DNA from: Candidatus Pacearchaeota archaeon
Lineage (GTDB): Archaea > Nanobdellota > Nanobdellia > Pacearchaeales > GW2011-AR1
Length of the DNA: 60,089 bases
Assembly: GCA_016181895.1 (NCBI GenBank)
Contig: JACOYL010000014.1
Location: 1 to 60,089, forward strand
Direction of reading: 5' to 3'
The translations under genes were made by a program, and so were the position numbers. The notes below the pieces were generated by a model that worked only from the letters and a program-made list of their open reading frames with translations, was not told where the DNA came from and did no database searches. This document shows positions 18,039 through 27,282 of this stretch, piece by piece. The stretch's first letter is position 1. The number at the start of each line of letters is the position of its first letter.

Positions 18039-19343
18039 TTATATCTTCTCAAAACATCTCGCAATCTGCAACATTTTTTGCTCTTGAAACTTGTCGCAGA
18101 TTATCTGCATGCCGACGGGAATTCCTTGAATTTCCCCCGCGGGAATTGATACTGCGCAATTTCCGGCAAGGTTTGCCGGAATCGTAAGAGCATCATAATG
18201 ATACATTTCCTCGACGGAAATCTTAGTTCCGATTTTATGCGGCAATTTAGGAACAGTCGGAGAAATCAGGCAATCAATGCTCTTGAAAATATTTTCAAAT
18301 TCTTTCTCGACAAGTTTCTTTATTTTTAATGCCTTGTCATAATATCTTCCATGATATTCTGCTTTGCTTATTTCCGAACCTCCCAAAATTCTTCTCAATG
18401 CTTCAGGTCCTGCGGAATCTTCTATTTTTTTCCCGTATCTTCTTCCGTCAAATCTTCTTGTTCCAGAAAAAAACTCAACGTAAACCAAGGGATAATATGT
18501 TTCAACAGCCAAATCCAAAATACTAAGTTTTATTTTTTTTGTTTTCCACCCATATTTAGCAACTGCCTCATTGGTTTTTAATTCAATCAAATTTTCTATG
18601 CTCTCGTCTCCGACTGGAAAATCCAAAATCCCGATTGTCAAATTTTTGGGAACTTTTTCAATCTCGTTAAAATTAATTTTTTCAGTTCTTTCCATTATCC
18701 CATCTTTTTCGCTTTTTTCTCTTATTACATCAAGAAGCAAACCCGCATCTGGGATATTTTTTGCAAAAACTCCAATCTGGTCCAAACTCATTGACAAATC
18801 AATTAATCCATATCTTGATACGCTTCCATAACTTGGTTTTATTCCAATAACTCCGCAGTGCGACGCGGGATTTCTAACGCTTCCTCCTGTTTCAGAGCCG
18901 AGAGCCATGTCGCAAAAATCCGCAGAAACAGCGGCGGCACTTCCAGAAGAACTTCCGCCGGGAATTAGGCTTGGATTTCTAGGATTTCTCGTCGGTCCGA
19001 AAGCCGAAGTTTCTCCACTGCTCCCAGAAGCAAACTCGTCCATGTTTGTCATTCCTATAATCAATCCGTCTTCATCTTTTATTTTTTGAATTGCATAGGC
19101 ATCGTAAGTTGCCTTGTAGTTCTCAAGAGTTTTACTTGCACAGGAAGCATTCAATCCCTTGACATTTATATTGGATTTTACCGCAATGATTTTTCCCGCG
19201 AGTTTTCCCTTTTGTCTTTTTCCGTCAATTGCTTTTGCTTCCTGCAAAGCATTTGGATTCAACTGCAAAAATGCATTTATCTTTCCGTCTTCCTTTTTGA
19301 TTTTGTCAAGATATTTTTGCAGGGATTGGAGCGTTGATGTCAT
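18039..19343 (-). CDS. gatA: Asp/Glu-tRNA amidotransferase subunit A
   Basis: Amidase signature PGGSSSGSAAAV, GSETGGSVRNPA, KPSYG.VSRYG, RRILGG. Confidence 0.96.
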   Translation of the reverse strand: MTSTLQSLQKYLDKIKKEDGKINAFLQLNPNALQEAKAIDGKRQKGKLAGKIIAVKSNINVKGLNASCASKTLENYKATYDAYAIQKIKDEDGLIIGMTNMDEFASGSSGETSAFGPTRNPRNPSLIPGGSSSGSAAAVSADFCDMALGSETGGSVRNPASHCGVIGIKPSYGSVSRYGLIDLSMSLDQIGVFAKNIPDAGLLLDVIREKSEKDGIMERTEKINFNEIEKVPKNLTIGILDFPVGDESIENLIELKTNEAVAKYGWKTKKIKLSILDLAVETYYPLVYVEFFSGTRRFDGRRYGKKIEDSAGPEALRRILGGSEISKAEYHGRYYDKALKIKKLVEKEFENIFKSIDCLISPTVPKLPHKIGTKISVEEMYHYDALTIPANLAGNCAVSIPAGEIQGIPVGMQIICDKFQEQKMLQIARCFEKI

Positions 19344-19344
19344 T

Positions 19345-19596
19345 TTAATGAATTCCCCCATGCTCTTCTGTTAAATCATATTCAAAATGATCTAAACATG
19401 AAGATTTTTTCAGCCAATCTTCATCAACCAATTCATCTAGGCAATACTGTAATAAGTTTATTTCATCCTCTTTTAATTTCATATATTCAATTAAATCATT
19501 TAAAGTAACGTCATAGTGAGGTTTTTTAAAATAATTTATTAATTTTTTCTTAAATTCTTCTATTTCAATTTTCTTGATATCATAATTTGTTTTCAT
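19345..19596 (-). CDS. Small wHTH-like hypothetical protein
   Basis: LNDLIEYM...CLDELVDEDWL pattern. Confidence 0.55.
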   Translation of the reverse strand: MKTNYDIKKIEIEEFKKKLINYFKKPHYDVTLNDLIEYMKLKEDEINLLQYCLDELVDEDWLKKSSCLDHFEYDLTEEHGGIH

Positions 19597-20354
19597 CTCA
19601 TTTTTTCCAAAGCGATTTTTATTGCTTTAACAACATTACTGTTAAATCTGTTTTTGTCAGTTTCCATTTTACGATGAAGCATATGTCTTCTATTAGTCAA
19701 AACATCTGAAGATTGAATGTAAACACCTATTGAAACCTTGTTTCTAAAATGTTTTACAATCTGATAACTCTCCTTTTCAACAACATCGCCAAATTTGGAT
19801 AATTTTTTTGCTAAAGATATAAGTTTTTCCTTTGATTCGGGTTTTTCGTGAACTGGAGCAAGAGTCACGTTTGAGGTTATAACTGTCGCAGAATCAGCGT
19901 TTATTTTTCCCTTCAAAATATTCTTTATTTTTATTGCATTAGTTGCTTTTATTTTTGATTCATCAATTTTTGTCATCATTTTGTCAAAAAAGATTTCCTT
20001 GAAAATTTCAGGAGTATAGTTTGATTTTTTACCTATAAAAGTACCGCAATACCCAAAAAATAGAACAACATTGGGATTTCCAACATTTCTAGCAACTTCA
20101 TCAGCAGGTGGTGGAATTAATTCTTTCCATTGGGAAATCTTCATCCATTTCTTTTGAAAAATATAACTTTTGTCCCTTGTTGGACTGTTACAGATATAGA
20201 TGTCAACATTTATCTGATTTATTTTTGTTTTTAATTTATCCTTGGAAACTCTCATTATGGTACAGTTAAATCTTTTCTCTATTTCTCTGAAAACGCCTCT
20301 GCCATAGTATAATCCAAAAGTTCCGCCGAAAATTATTGCTATTTTATTTTTCAT
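19593..20354 (-). CDS. Hypothetical protein, possible nucleoside phosphorylase (PNP/MTAN) fold
   Basis: FFGYCG, VITSN, DVVEKES, IQSSD in the order of PNP_UDP motifs, but degenerate. Confidence 0.5.
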   Translation of the reverse strand: MKNKIAIIFGGTFGLYYGRGVFREIEKRFNCTIMRVSKDKLKTKINQINVDIYICNSPTRDKSYIFQKKWMKISQWKELIPPPADEVARNVGNPNVVLFFGYCGTFIGKKSNYTPEIFKEIFFDKMMTKIDESKIKATNAIKIKNILKGKINADSATVITSNVTLAPVHEKPESKEKLISLAKKLSKFGDVVEKESYQIVKHFRNKVSIGVYIQSSDVLTNRRHMLHRKMETDKNRFNSNVVKAIKIALEKMR

Positions 20355-20826
20355 GTTCCACTTTTATCAGATTAGATTTATTTTGTTTTTCAATTTCTTT
20401 TAAAGCCCTTTGTTTGCGCTTTTCTTTATTTTCTTCTCTTATTTTTTCAAATTCCTCATCGCTTTTCCAAGAAACATCTTTTCGAAGCAAATCAATCATC
20501 TCATTTCTATTTTTAGTCCTAACAACGAGAAAAACTTTTTTACTTCCAAAAAAGACATCCACTTCATATTTTTCATTTTCAAAATGTAACGTTTCGTCGA
20601 CTATCTCGTCTGCATCAATCTTCCACTGGGCATAAATCTGTTCGTCATCTTCTATTTCGCTTTCATATCCTTGATTAAATATTCCCTGAATTTCTTTTTG
20701 GTCAAATTCCAATTTAGTCATGAAACTGATAAATATCTCGCGAAATCCTTTGTCTTTATTTATATGATATTTGTGCCTAAATCCGTCGTTTCCAGTTCCG
20801 GATAAAATAAATTTACCTCTCACCAT
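20344..20826 (-). CDS. Hypothetical protein
   Basis: 160-aa ORF overlapping the next gene. Confidence 0.6.
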   Translation of the reverse strand: MVRGKFILSGTGNDGFRHKYHINKDKGFREIFISFMTKLEFDQKEIQGIFNQGYESEIEDDEQIYAQWKIDADEIVDETLHFENEKYEVDVFFGSKKVFLVVRTKNRNEMIDLLRKDVSWKSDEEFEKIREENKEKRKQRALKEIEKQNKSNLIKVEHEK

Positions 20827-20860
20827 TTCTTCTTTATGTCAAATTTATTTGATATCAAAA

Positions 20861-21121
20861 TCATTTCCATGATTTCCTCTCCGCCAATATGAAATTCTGA
20901 TTTTTGTTCGGCGCGTTTTCAAACATTCTTTTCCTGAAATCCTCGTCGCATTCATTTCCCTCGTTTTCAACGCGCTCAAATTCTTCTCTTTCAACTGAAG
21001 GTTCAGGAATTTTTTCTTTTACAGAAGATAATTTCTTTGAAAAAGAATCCATTATGCCCTTGGCTTGATTCTTAATTTCTTCCTTTTCCTTCTCTGAAAC
21101 AGAATGCCACAGGAAATCCAT
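20861..21121 (-). CDS. gatC: Amidotransferase subunit C (GatC-like)
   Basis: 86 aa, MFENAPNKNQNFI C-terminal motif; lies between aspS and gatA. Confidence 0.75.
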   Translation of the reverse strand: MDFLWHSVSEKEKEEIKNQAKGIMDSFSKKLSSVKEKIPEPSVEREEFERVENEGNECDEDFRKRMFENAPNKNQNFILAERKSWK

Positions 21122-21157
21122 GAAAAATCAAAGAACAAGGAGATTAAAAAATTAACG

Positions 21158-21829
21158 TTAGTTCATATTTTGCATGTAATTCTCTGATTGAATTTCCATC
21201 GTAATAAAATGAACTGTTATCTCAATTAATTTTTTCAAATCTGTTAAGTCTTTATCTCCCCATACTCTAAAATAATGGGATTCATCATTTCCTAACCAAG
21301 TTGCTCTCTTCGCAATTTCTTTTATTTTAGGATTATCAATCATTTCATCAATACAATTTCCAAGGAACTTCTTTTTTATCTCTTCTTGTTTAGGTGGAAA
21401 TTTTTTAATTAAGTAATCTTTAACTAAAAACTCTAAGGCTTTTCGATAACCTCCACCACAAATTTCAATTAAATTTTCATTCTCTGCTATCTCGGCTTCT
21501 CCATAAATTTTAACAAAATTTGCAGAGAGTTCTTCAATTTCTTTCTCAAATATCCTCTTATTACGATTCCCTCTTGAAAGAGAGGAAATCTTGTAAATTT
21601 GATCACCTTGATTATAATTCGCATAACCGATAAATGAATTGTTACAAGATTTACATTTCATGAACAATTGTAAGGAATTGACTTTTGTCCAAAGAATTCC
21701 GTCCAATATCTGTGTTTCAATTTCTTTAAAACAGAATGGACATTTTAATGACTCTTGCGTACTTATTTTACAAGAATCATTATGCCTACCGCCATCGGCA
21801 AGAAATGGTCTAACAGATATATAAGACAT
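21158..21829 (-). CDS. DUF4145 (HEPN-like) protein with N-terminal Zn ribbon
   Basis: CPFC..CKSC; YRKALEFLVKDY; WLGNDESHY. Confidence 0.75.
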   Translation of the reverse strand: MSYISVRPFLADGGRHNDSCKISTQESLKCPFCFKEIETQILDGILWTKVNSLQLFMKCKSCNNSFIGYANYNQGDQIYKISSLSRGNRNKRIFEKEIEELSANFVKIYGEAEIAENENLIEICGGGYRKALEFLVKDYLIKKFPPKQEEIKKKFLGNCIDEMIDNPKIKEIAKRATWLGNDESHYFRVWGDKDLTDLKKLIEITVHFITMEIQSENYMQNMN

Positions 21830-21927
21830 AAACGTAAAGTGAAAAGATTATTTTTAACAATTGTTGTGATAAAAAATCACAACGTCAGCCTGTCTCTATG
21901 TTAAATTTATTTGATATGCAGAGCGAC

Positions 21928-23247
21928 TCATGGAGTCAGCCTGTCCCTGTCCCTCGGAAACAGAACCGCTTCGCGAATGTTTTTTTCTCCGACGATTAAT
22001 TGCGTAAGTCTTTCCAAGCCTATGCTCCATCCAGCATGAGGCGGAGCCCCGAAACGGAAGCTGTCGATGTATGCTTTGAAATGTTTCGGATTCAAACCCT
22101 TTGCTTTTATTCTCTTTTCAAGCAATTCAGGAATGTGAATTCTCTGCCCTCCGGAAGTTATTTCCAATCCCTTGTAAATCGCGTCAAAACCTTCGGACAA
22201 TTTTGCATCTGCTTTTGCATCTTTCGGCATGATGTAAAACGGCTTTATGCTCGCAGGCCAGGAATGGGCAAAAACAATCGTGTCCGGAAATTTCTTGTCA
22301 AGCTCTTTTTCATTCTCAGGACTAAAATCCTCGCCGTGTTTTATTTTCAAAAGTTTCACGGCTTCGTCATAACTGAGATATTTTGCTTTCGGAATTTTTA
22401 GGTTGACTTTCAAAATCTTCAATTCTTCCCCGCATTTCTCAACCACTCTTTTAATGATGTGCTTCACAACTTCCTCTTCATATTCCATTATCTTCTGTTG
22501 GTTTGCAAACGCAACCTCAATGTCCATTTGCCTTGACTCGTTCAAATGCCTAATTGTATTGTGTTTCTCAGCCCTCCAAACAGGAGTTATTGTGAAAACT
22601 TTTTCAAGAGGAGAACAGGCGAGCATCTGCTTGTATAATTGCGGACTTTGCGCCAGATACGCCTTTTGCTCGAAATACCTCACTTCAAACAAATCAGTGC
22701 CGCCCTCGCTGGAACTGGAAATTACCGACGGCAGAAAAACCTCAACAAAGCCTTGTTTGTAAAAATATTCGCGAAAAGAATTTGCAATTTCACTTTGGAT
22801 TTTAAAAATCGCCTGGATTTTTTTCCTGTGCAAGTCCAAAAACCTGTAATCAAGTCTCTTCGGCAATTCTGTTTTTGAATCGTCGCTTGGATTGAACGGA
22901 ACATCTATCGGAAGTTCTTCTGATTTATTAATAACAATCAATTCTTCCGGATTTATTTCTTTTCCTCCCGGCGCCTGTTTTGAATCAACGATTTTACCGC
23001 TTACATAAATCACAGATTCTCTCGGGATTTTTTCCATGTCTTTGAATATTTTCTCGTTGGTTTTTCCCTTTATTCCTGTTATTTGAATAATTCCAGAAAA
23101 ATCCCGCAAAATAATAAATTTCACTTTACTCAAGTCCCTTGAGTTGTGAACCCAGCCCGCGACTTCAACGGTTTTATTTTTGGATTTGAAAACATCGTCA
23201 ATAAGGATTCTTTTTTTGTTAAAATCGGATAAATTGAATTCTTTCAT
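21928..23247 (-). CDS. aspS: Aspartyl-tRNA synthetase (archaeal type, probably non-discriminating)
   Basis: GWVH..RDL, RLDYRFLDL, LAQSPQLYKQ, RAE.H...HLNE, GGQR, GLER, FPRDRDRLTP. Confidence 0.96.
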   Translation of the reverse strand: MKEFNLSDFNKKRILIDDVFKSKNKTVEVAGWVHNSRDLSKVKFIILRDFSGIIQITGIKGKTNEKIFKDMEKIPRESVIYVSGKIVDSKQAPGGKEINPEELIVINKSEELPIDVPFNPSDDSKTELPKRLDYRFLDLHRKKIQAIFKIQSEIANSFREYFYKQGFVEVFLPSVISSSSEGGTDLFEVRYFEQKAYLAQSPQLYKQMLACSPLEKVFTITPVWRAEKHNTIRHLNESRQMDIEVAFANQQKIMEYEEEVVKHIIKRVVEKCGEELKILKVNLKIPKAKYLSYDEAVKLLKIKHGEDFSPENEKELDKKFPDTIVFAHSWPASIKPFYIMPKDAKADAKLSEGFDAIYKGLEITSGGQRIHIPELLEKRIKAKGLNPKHFKAYIDSFRFGAPPHAGWSIGLERLTQLIVGEKNIREAVLFPRDRDRLTP

Positions 23248-23359
23248 TTTTCAGAAAGAAAGAAGAAATATTTAAAGGTAACGAAATCTCTCCATCACAA
23301 TAATGGATGATGATTCTTAAGTTGAATGTGAGTAACAAGCCACTTTTATCTTTCATAAA

Positions 23360-24082
23360 TTACGGTTTCTCAATTCTTTCCATCACTCCAGGACAATTTT
23401 CTTTCACAAAATTGTAGACTTCAGCACTTGACTGATAAGTCTTATTTTTCCAATAAACAGTTGTAGTGCTGGTTTCGGGAGTCTCTCCTATCTCTTCAAC
23501 CAGCCGATCGGGGCAGGTATTAGTTGGTAGCATTTGCTGACTATAGGAATTATGTAAATAAAAAATTTGATAGGCAAAAAATCCCAGAAGCAAAAGATTT
23601 ATTGCGATTGCAATTAGAATGGCATTGCGCTTGCCTTTCTTTCCCCATTTGTAATCGACGGCTCTATAAATGAAATATGGAACTAAAGTGAGAACAATCC
23701 AAAAAGTAAATGTAAAAAATAGTATGTTTGATATCGACGGGCGCTGATCTAACGGAGTTAGAAACGATTGCTCCAATGCCCAAAGAGATGCCCCAATAAT
23801 CCAAGCAAGAGGCCAAGTAAATATTCTGAAAAGAATCCAAATTACTGTGCCAATCAAGATATAAGCAATAGGGCGATGAATAGCATCAGGAAAACTTAGG
23901 TCTAGTATATGAAGTTTATCAGGACCGTCCCCGCTTAATCCAGACCCAAATAAATAAGTTGGCAGGGCTGGAAGTTGTTCGCCGATAAGAAAAAAAGCCA
24001 GTACAAAAAATAGAATAAAACTAACAGGCAGTTTGTAACTACTTTTCCACCAATGTTTTTTGAAAAATTTCATGTTAATCAT
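23360..24082 (-). CDS. Multi-pass membrane protein
   Basis: About five hydrophobic segments. Confidence 0.65.
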   Translation of the reverse strand: MINMKFFKKHWWKSSYKLPVSFILFFVLAFFLIGEQLPALPTYLFGSGLSGDGPDKLHILDLSFPDAIHRPIAYILIGTVIWILFRIFTWPLAWIIGASLWALEQSFLTPLDQRPSISNILFFTFTFWIVLTLVPYFIYRAVDYKWGKKGKRNAILIAIAINLLLLGFFAYQIFYLHNSYSQQMLPTNTCPDRLVEEIGETPETSTTTVYWKNKTYQSSAEVYNFVKENCPGVMERIEKP

Positions 24083-24143
24083 AATTTCCCATATTAAGGA
24101 CTTTTATATTTGGAGGCTATTTCGCATATTTTTTAATAAATTC

Positions 24144-24530
24144 TCACCAAATTTCAGTTCGTATATTTATCTTCTTAAAATCCTTGTCTCTTGTTATTAA
24201 AATAAGATTATTAACTTTAACAATAGATGCAATAAATAAATCAGATTCTTCTATCATCTTGCCTGTTTTTTTTAATTCTGAATACATTTTACCGAACTCC
24301 TCGCATATTTTTTCATTTAAATTTAAAAAACCAAAAGAAGAAACAAGATTTTTAATATCAGATATTTTTATCACAGAATCATGATAAGAATAAGCGCCTT
24401 TGTACAACTCACACAAAGTTATGAAGGTTATATAAATCAAGGAACTGGATAAATTTTGCAGTTTTGAAGCAAGTTTTTCATCTCCTCTAAGAATGTCAAT
24501 AAGAATGTTTGTGTCGATGCAGTACATCAA
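24144..24530 (-). CDS. vapC: VapC PIN-domain toxin
   Basis: IDTNILID, ELYKG, DLFIAS, LITRD.DF. Confidence 0.92.
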   Translation of the reverse strand: MMYCIDTNILIDILRGDEKLASKLQNLSSSLIYITFITLCELYKGAYSYHDSVIKISDIKNLVSSFGFLNLNEKICEEFGKMYSELKKTGKMIEESDLFIASIVKVNNLILITRDKDFKKINIRTEIW

Positions 24531-24760
24531 AACTTTACCTCTCTCAATTTAAATTTTTTCCTGTCTCTTTCAATCATTTTCTTCATTTTATCAACTTCTT
24601 CTTTTCTATCAGCCCAAATCCCGCAAAAATCCATTATATTTCTCTTTTCTTTTTTTTTGTTTTCAATTAAATCAGTGATAGCTTCTGAAAAAGATCTTTC
24701 AAATTTCAAGGCTTTCAATTTCTCATATGCTTCATTTGACAAAGAGATGACTTTTACCAT
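24527..24760 (-). CDS. vapB: VapB-type antitoxin (DUF217-like)
   Basis: KVISLSNEAYEKLK...SFSEAI; overlaps vapC. Confidence 0.88.
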   Translation of the reverse strand: MVKVISLSNEAYEKLKALKFERSFSEAITDLIENKKKEKRNIMDFCGIWADRKEEVDKMKKMIERDRKKFKLREVKF

Positions 24761-24776
24761 GCATATGCATATGCAT
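24759..24776. promoter_or_regulatory. Palindromic operator candidate for vapBC
   Basis: (ATGCAT)x3 perfect 18-bp palindrome between the TATA box and the start codon. Confidence 0.55.
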
Positions 24777-24794
24777 ACACCTATATAAATTTTT

Positions 24795-26240
24795 CTATTT
24801 CACATATTTCTTAATAATTTCCATGGCTTCCTTCCCAGAAATCTTTCCTTTAAGTTCCTTCATGACCAAACCCATGTACGCATTCTCGGACAATCCGGGT
24901 TTCTCCCTTATTATCTTGTGAATTTTCTCTTCAAGATTGTTCAAATCCTCTTTTTCAATTTTTATTGCGCTTCTCGGGCTTTCTCCATTTGCAATCTTTT
25001 CAAGAACGTGTTTTACCTCTGATTCCTTTATCTTTTTTTCCTTCAAGGATTTGATGACAAACAACAATGCAGAAGCATCAAGAAGTTTTTCAATTTTCTC
25101 CATTGGAATCGTCTCTCGGCTTGCAATTTCTCTCGGAAAAACCAAAAGAATTTTCGCGATTAATTTCGGATTGTTCAATACCGCAAGAAGCTCCTTGAAT
25201 TCTTCGACTTTGTTTTCCGAAAAAAGCAGCTTTATCATTTCCTGATTCAATTCGAGTTTTCTCAATTCTTCCTCGGATTCACCTATCAATTTCGGCAAAT
25301 CTTTCTTGACTTCGTTTATCATGTCTCTGGAAATTTTCAGCAAAGGCAAATCCGTCTCGGGATACATTCTCGCATTTCCAGGCATGGGACGCAAAAATTC
25401 CGTCTCTCCGTTTAACAAAACTTTTCTCACTTCAGAATCGACTTTTCCTTCCATGCTGATTATTTGAAATTGTCTTTCTGCTTCCTTCTCAACAGCTTTT
25501 TCAATCAACTCCGGTTTCTGGACGCCCTTTATCTCAACTCTTGCTCCTTTTTTTATCGAAACGTTGACATCCTGCCTTATCGTGCCCAAACCACGACGAA
25601 CATTGCAGCTTCTCAAAATTTTTCCAATTTGCAAAGCAACCTCTTTTGCTTGTTCGGGATTTTTTATGTCTGGTGCGGTTGCAATTTCAATCAAGGGAAT
25701 TCCCAACCTGTCAAGACGGTAAAAAACCTCGTTTTCCGTTGCTCCGATAATTCTTGCCGAGTCTTCTTCCAAGCAGATTGATTCTATTCCGACTTTTCCG
25801 TGGCTTGTTTGAATGAATCCGTCGCGTGCAATTAAAACAGTTCTCTGAAATCCAGAGGTGTTTGAACCGTCAATGACTGTTTTTCTCATTATCTGCGTTA
25901 TCGGAAAAATTTTCGCGTTCAGCAAAATTGAAATCTGCAAAACAATTTTCAAAGCCTCGTTGTTTACAGGATGCGGCGGCTCCTCGTCAATTTCAACAAG
26001 GCAGGTTGTTTTGTATCCCTCGTAAACGAATTCTTTTTTCAAGGAAACCTGGTGCATTACTGCGGGGTCGATTTCCCCTGTTTCTCCAGCAACCGCATGA
26101 AGTTTCCTGTGAATTGTAAAATCAGGATTGTCCTGCCTCAACATCGAAGGACAGGAACAAAATAATTTTTTCGTGTCCAATTGCTGATGTATTTCAAGCC
26201 CGACTTTCAGTCCGACTTTATCGTAATTAATTTCAGGCAT
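24795..26240 (-). CDS. gatE: Glu-tRNA(Gln) amidotransferase subunit E (short form)
   Basis: GLEIHQQL, DEEPP, DGSNTSGFQRT, LDRLGIPLIEI, GTIRQDVNVS, RMYPETD. Confidence 0.95.
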   Translation of the reverse strand: MPEINYDKVGLKVGLEIHQQLDTKKLFCSCPSMLRQDNPDFTIHRKLHAVAGETGEIDPAVMHQVSLKKEFVYEGYKTTCLVEIDEEPPHPVNNEALKIVLQISILLNAKIFPITQIMRKTVIDGSNTSGFQRTVLIARDGFIQTSHGKVGIESICLEEDSARIIGATENEVFYRLDRLGIPLIEIATAPDIKNPEQAKEVALQIGKILRSCNVRRGLGTIRQDVNVSIKKGARVEIKGVQKPELIEKAVEKEAERQFQIISMEGKVDSEVRKVLLNGETEFLRPMPGNARMYPETDLPLLKISRDMINEVKKDLPKLIGESEEELRKLELNQEMIKLLFSENKVEEFKELLAVLNNPKLIAKILLVFPREIASRETIPMEKIEKLLDASALLFVIKSLKEKKIKESEVKHVLEKIANGESPRSAIKIEKEDLNNLEEKIHKIIREKPGLSENAYMGLVMKELKGKISGKEAMEIIKKYVK

Positions 26241-26278
26241 TGAAAAGAAAAATAAGAGAATTATTTAAAGTTAATCAA

Positions 26279-27253
26279 TCAGCAATATTTTCCTGTCAAA
26301 ACAAATTTTAAACTATATCTTGAACAAAATCTTTCCAGAGATTCCCTAATTTCTTCCTGCCCTATGTCTCCTGTAATCCTTAAGGATTCGCCGTGCTTGT
26401 GTCCGTTTTTTTTATTTATGGAAACTACAATTCCCCCTTCCCTTGTCTGCCTTCCAATCCCCCTAATCATTTTTGCAACAGTTCCAACCATTCCGGGATT
26501 GGAGACATTTGCCAGTTTAACCTCGTACATTCTTTTTTTTCTTAATTCTTTTTCCAATTCTTTGGAAGAAAGAAGAACGCCTTGAGCAACAAAATCATAA
26601 AAACCATTTTCAGCGTCGGAAGGAGAATATAAATTTGTCTTCTCATGAAGTCTTTCATTTAAGACTTTTCCAAGTGTCGTTAAATATTCGTTTCTGTTCC
26701 CTGCAAGTATAAGTGCGGGAGGATAATCCATTTCCTGAAGGCAAAAATTTTGCAGCAATCTTGCGGCCCTTCCGTTTCCATCCATGTAGGGATGTATTCT
26801 GACTAATTCCAAGTGCGCTTGTGCTGCTCTTACAACAGGATGACTTTGAAAATGTTTCAAAAAAATCACAAGGTCGTTTATCTCAAAAGGAATTTTCTCT
26901 GATTCTGTTCCATAAAAACCACCGAAACCGACAAGAATGTTTCTAAATCCTGAAGAGGGATTTTTATCTGGTTCTGTCTCATAACCGAGTCTTGATAGAG
27001 AATAAGGTGAAATGCCTTCTCTGGCCAAAAAATTCTCTGCGCCGTTTAATCTTTTCAAGAAAGATTCCCTTTCTTTTCTGCTGATTTTTTTTTCGTCAGC
27101 CAGAAGTTCAATGTCAAGGGAGTGTTTCGCAGCCTCTTCCATTAAAGCGTGATATTTTTCCCTCCAAACGCATCCCGAATATTCCGGATGAGTATTTATT
27201 CTCGATACAAGGTTGTCTATTTCCGACAAAGTTTGATTTAACATAAAATCCAT
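26279..27253 (-). CDS. Fic-domain protein
   Basis: HPYMDGNGRAAR matches HPFxDGNGRxxR. Confidence 0.9.
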   Translation of the reverse strand: MDFMLNQTLSEIDNLVSRINTHPEYSGCVWREKYHALMEEAAKHSLDIELLADEKKISRKERESFLKRLNGAENFLAREGISPYSLSRLGYETEPDKNPSSGFRNILVGFGGFYGTESEKIPFEINDLVIFLKHFQSHPVVRAAQAHLELVRIHPYMDGNGRAARLLQNFCLQEMDYPPALILAGNRNEYLTTLGKVLNERLHEKTNLYSPSDAENGFYDFVAQGVLLSSKELEKELRKKRMYEVKLANVSNPGMVGTVAKMIRGIGRQTREGGIVVSINKKNGHKHGESLRITGDIGQEEIRESLERFCSRYSLKFVLTGKYC

Positions 27254-27282
27254 AAAAAATTCCGCTTTAAAAATCCTTCTAA

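Noticed and set aside
21880-21906. dif site based on CTATGTTAAAT
   Set aside because: Only one Xer-like arm; no matching arm at 6-bp spacing
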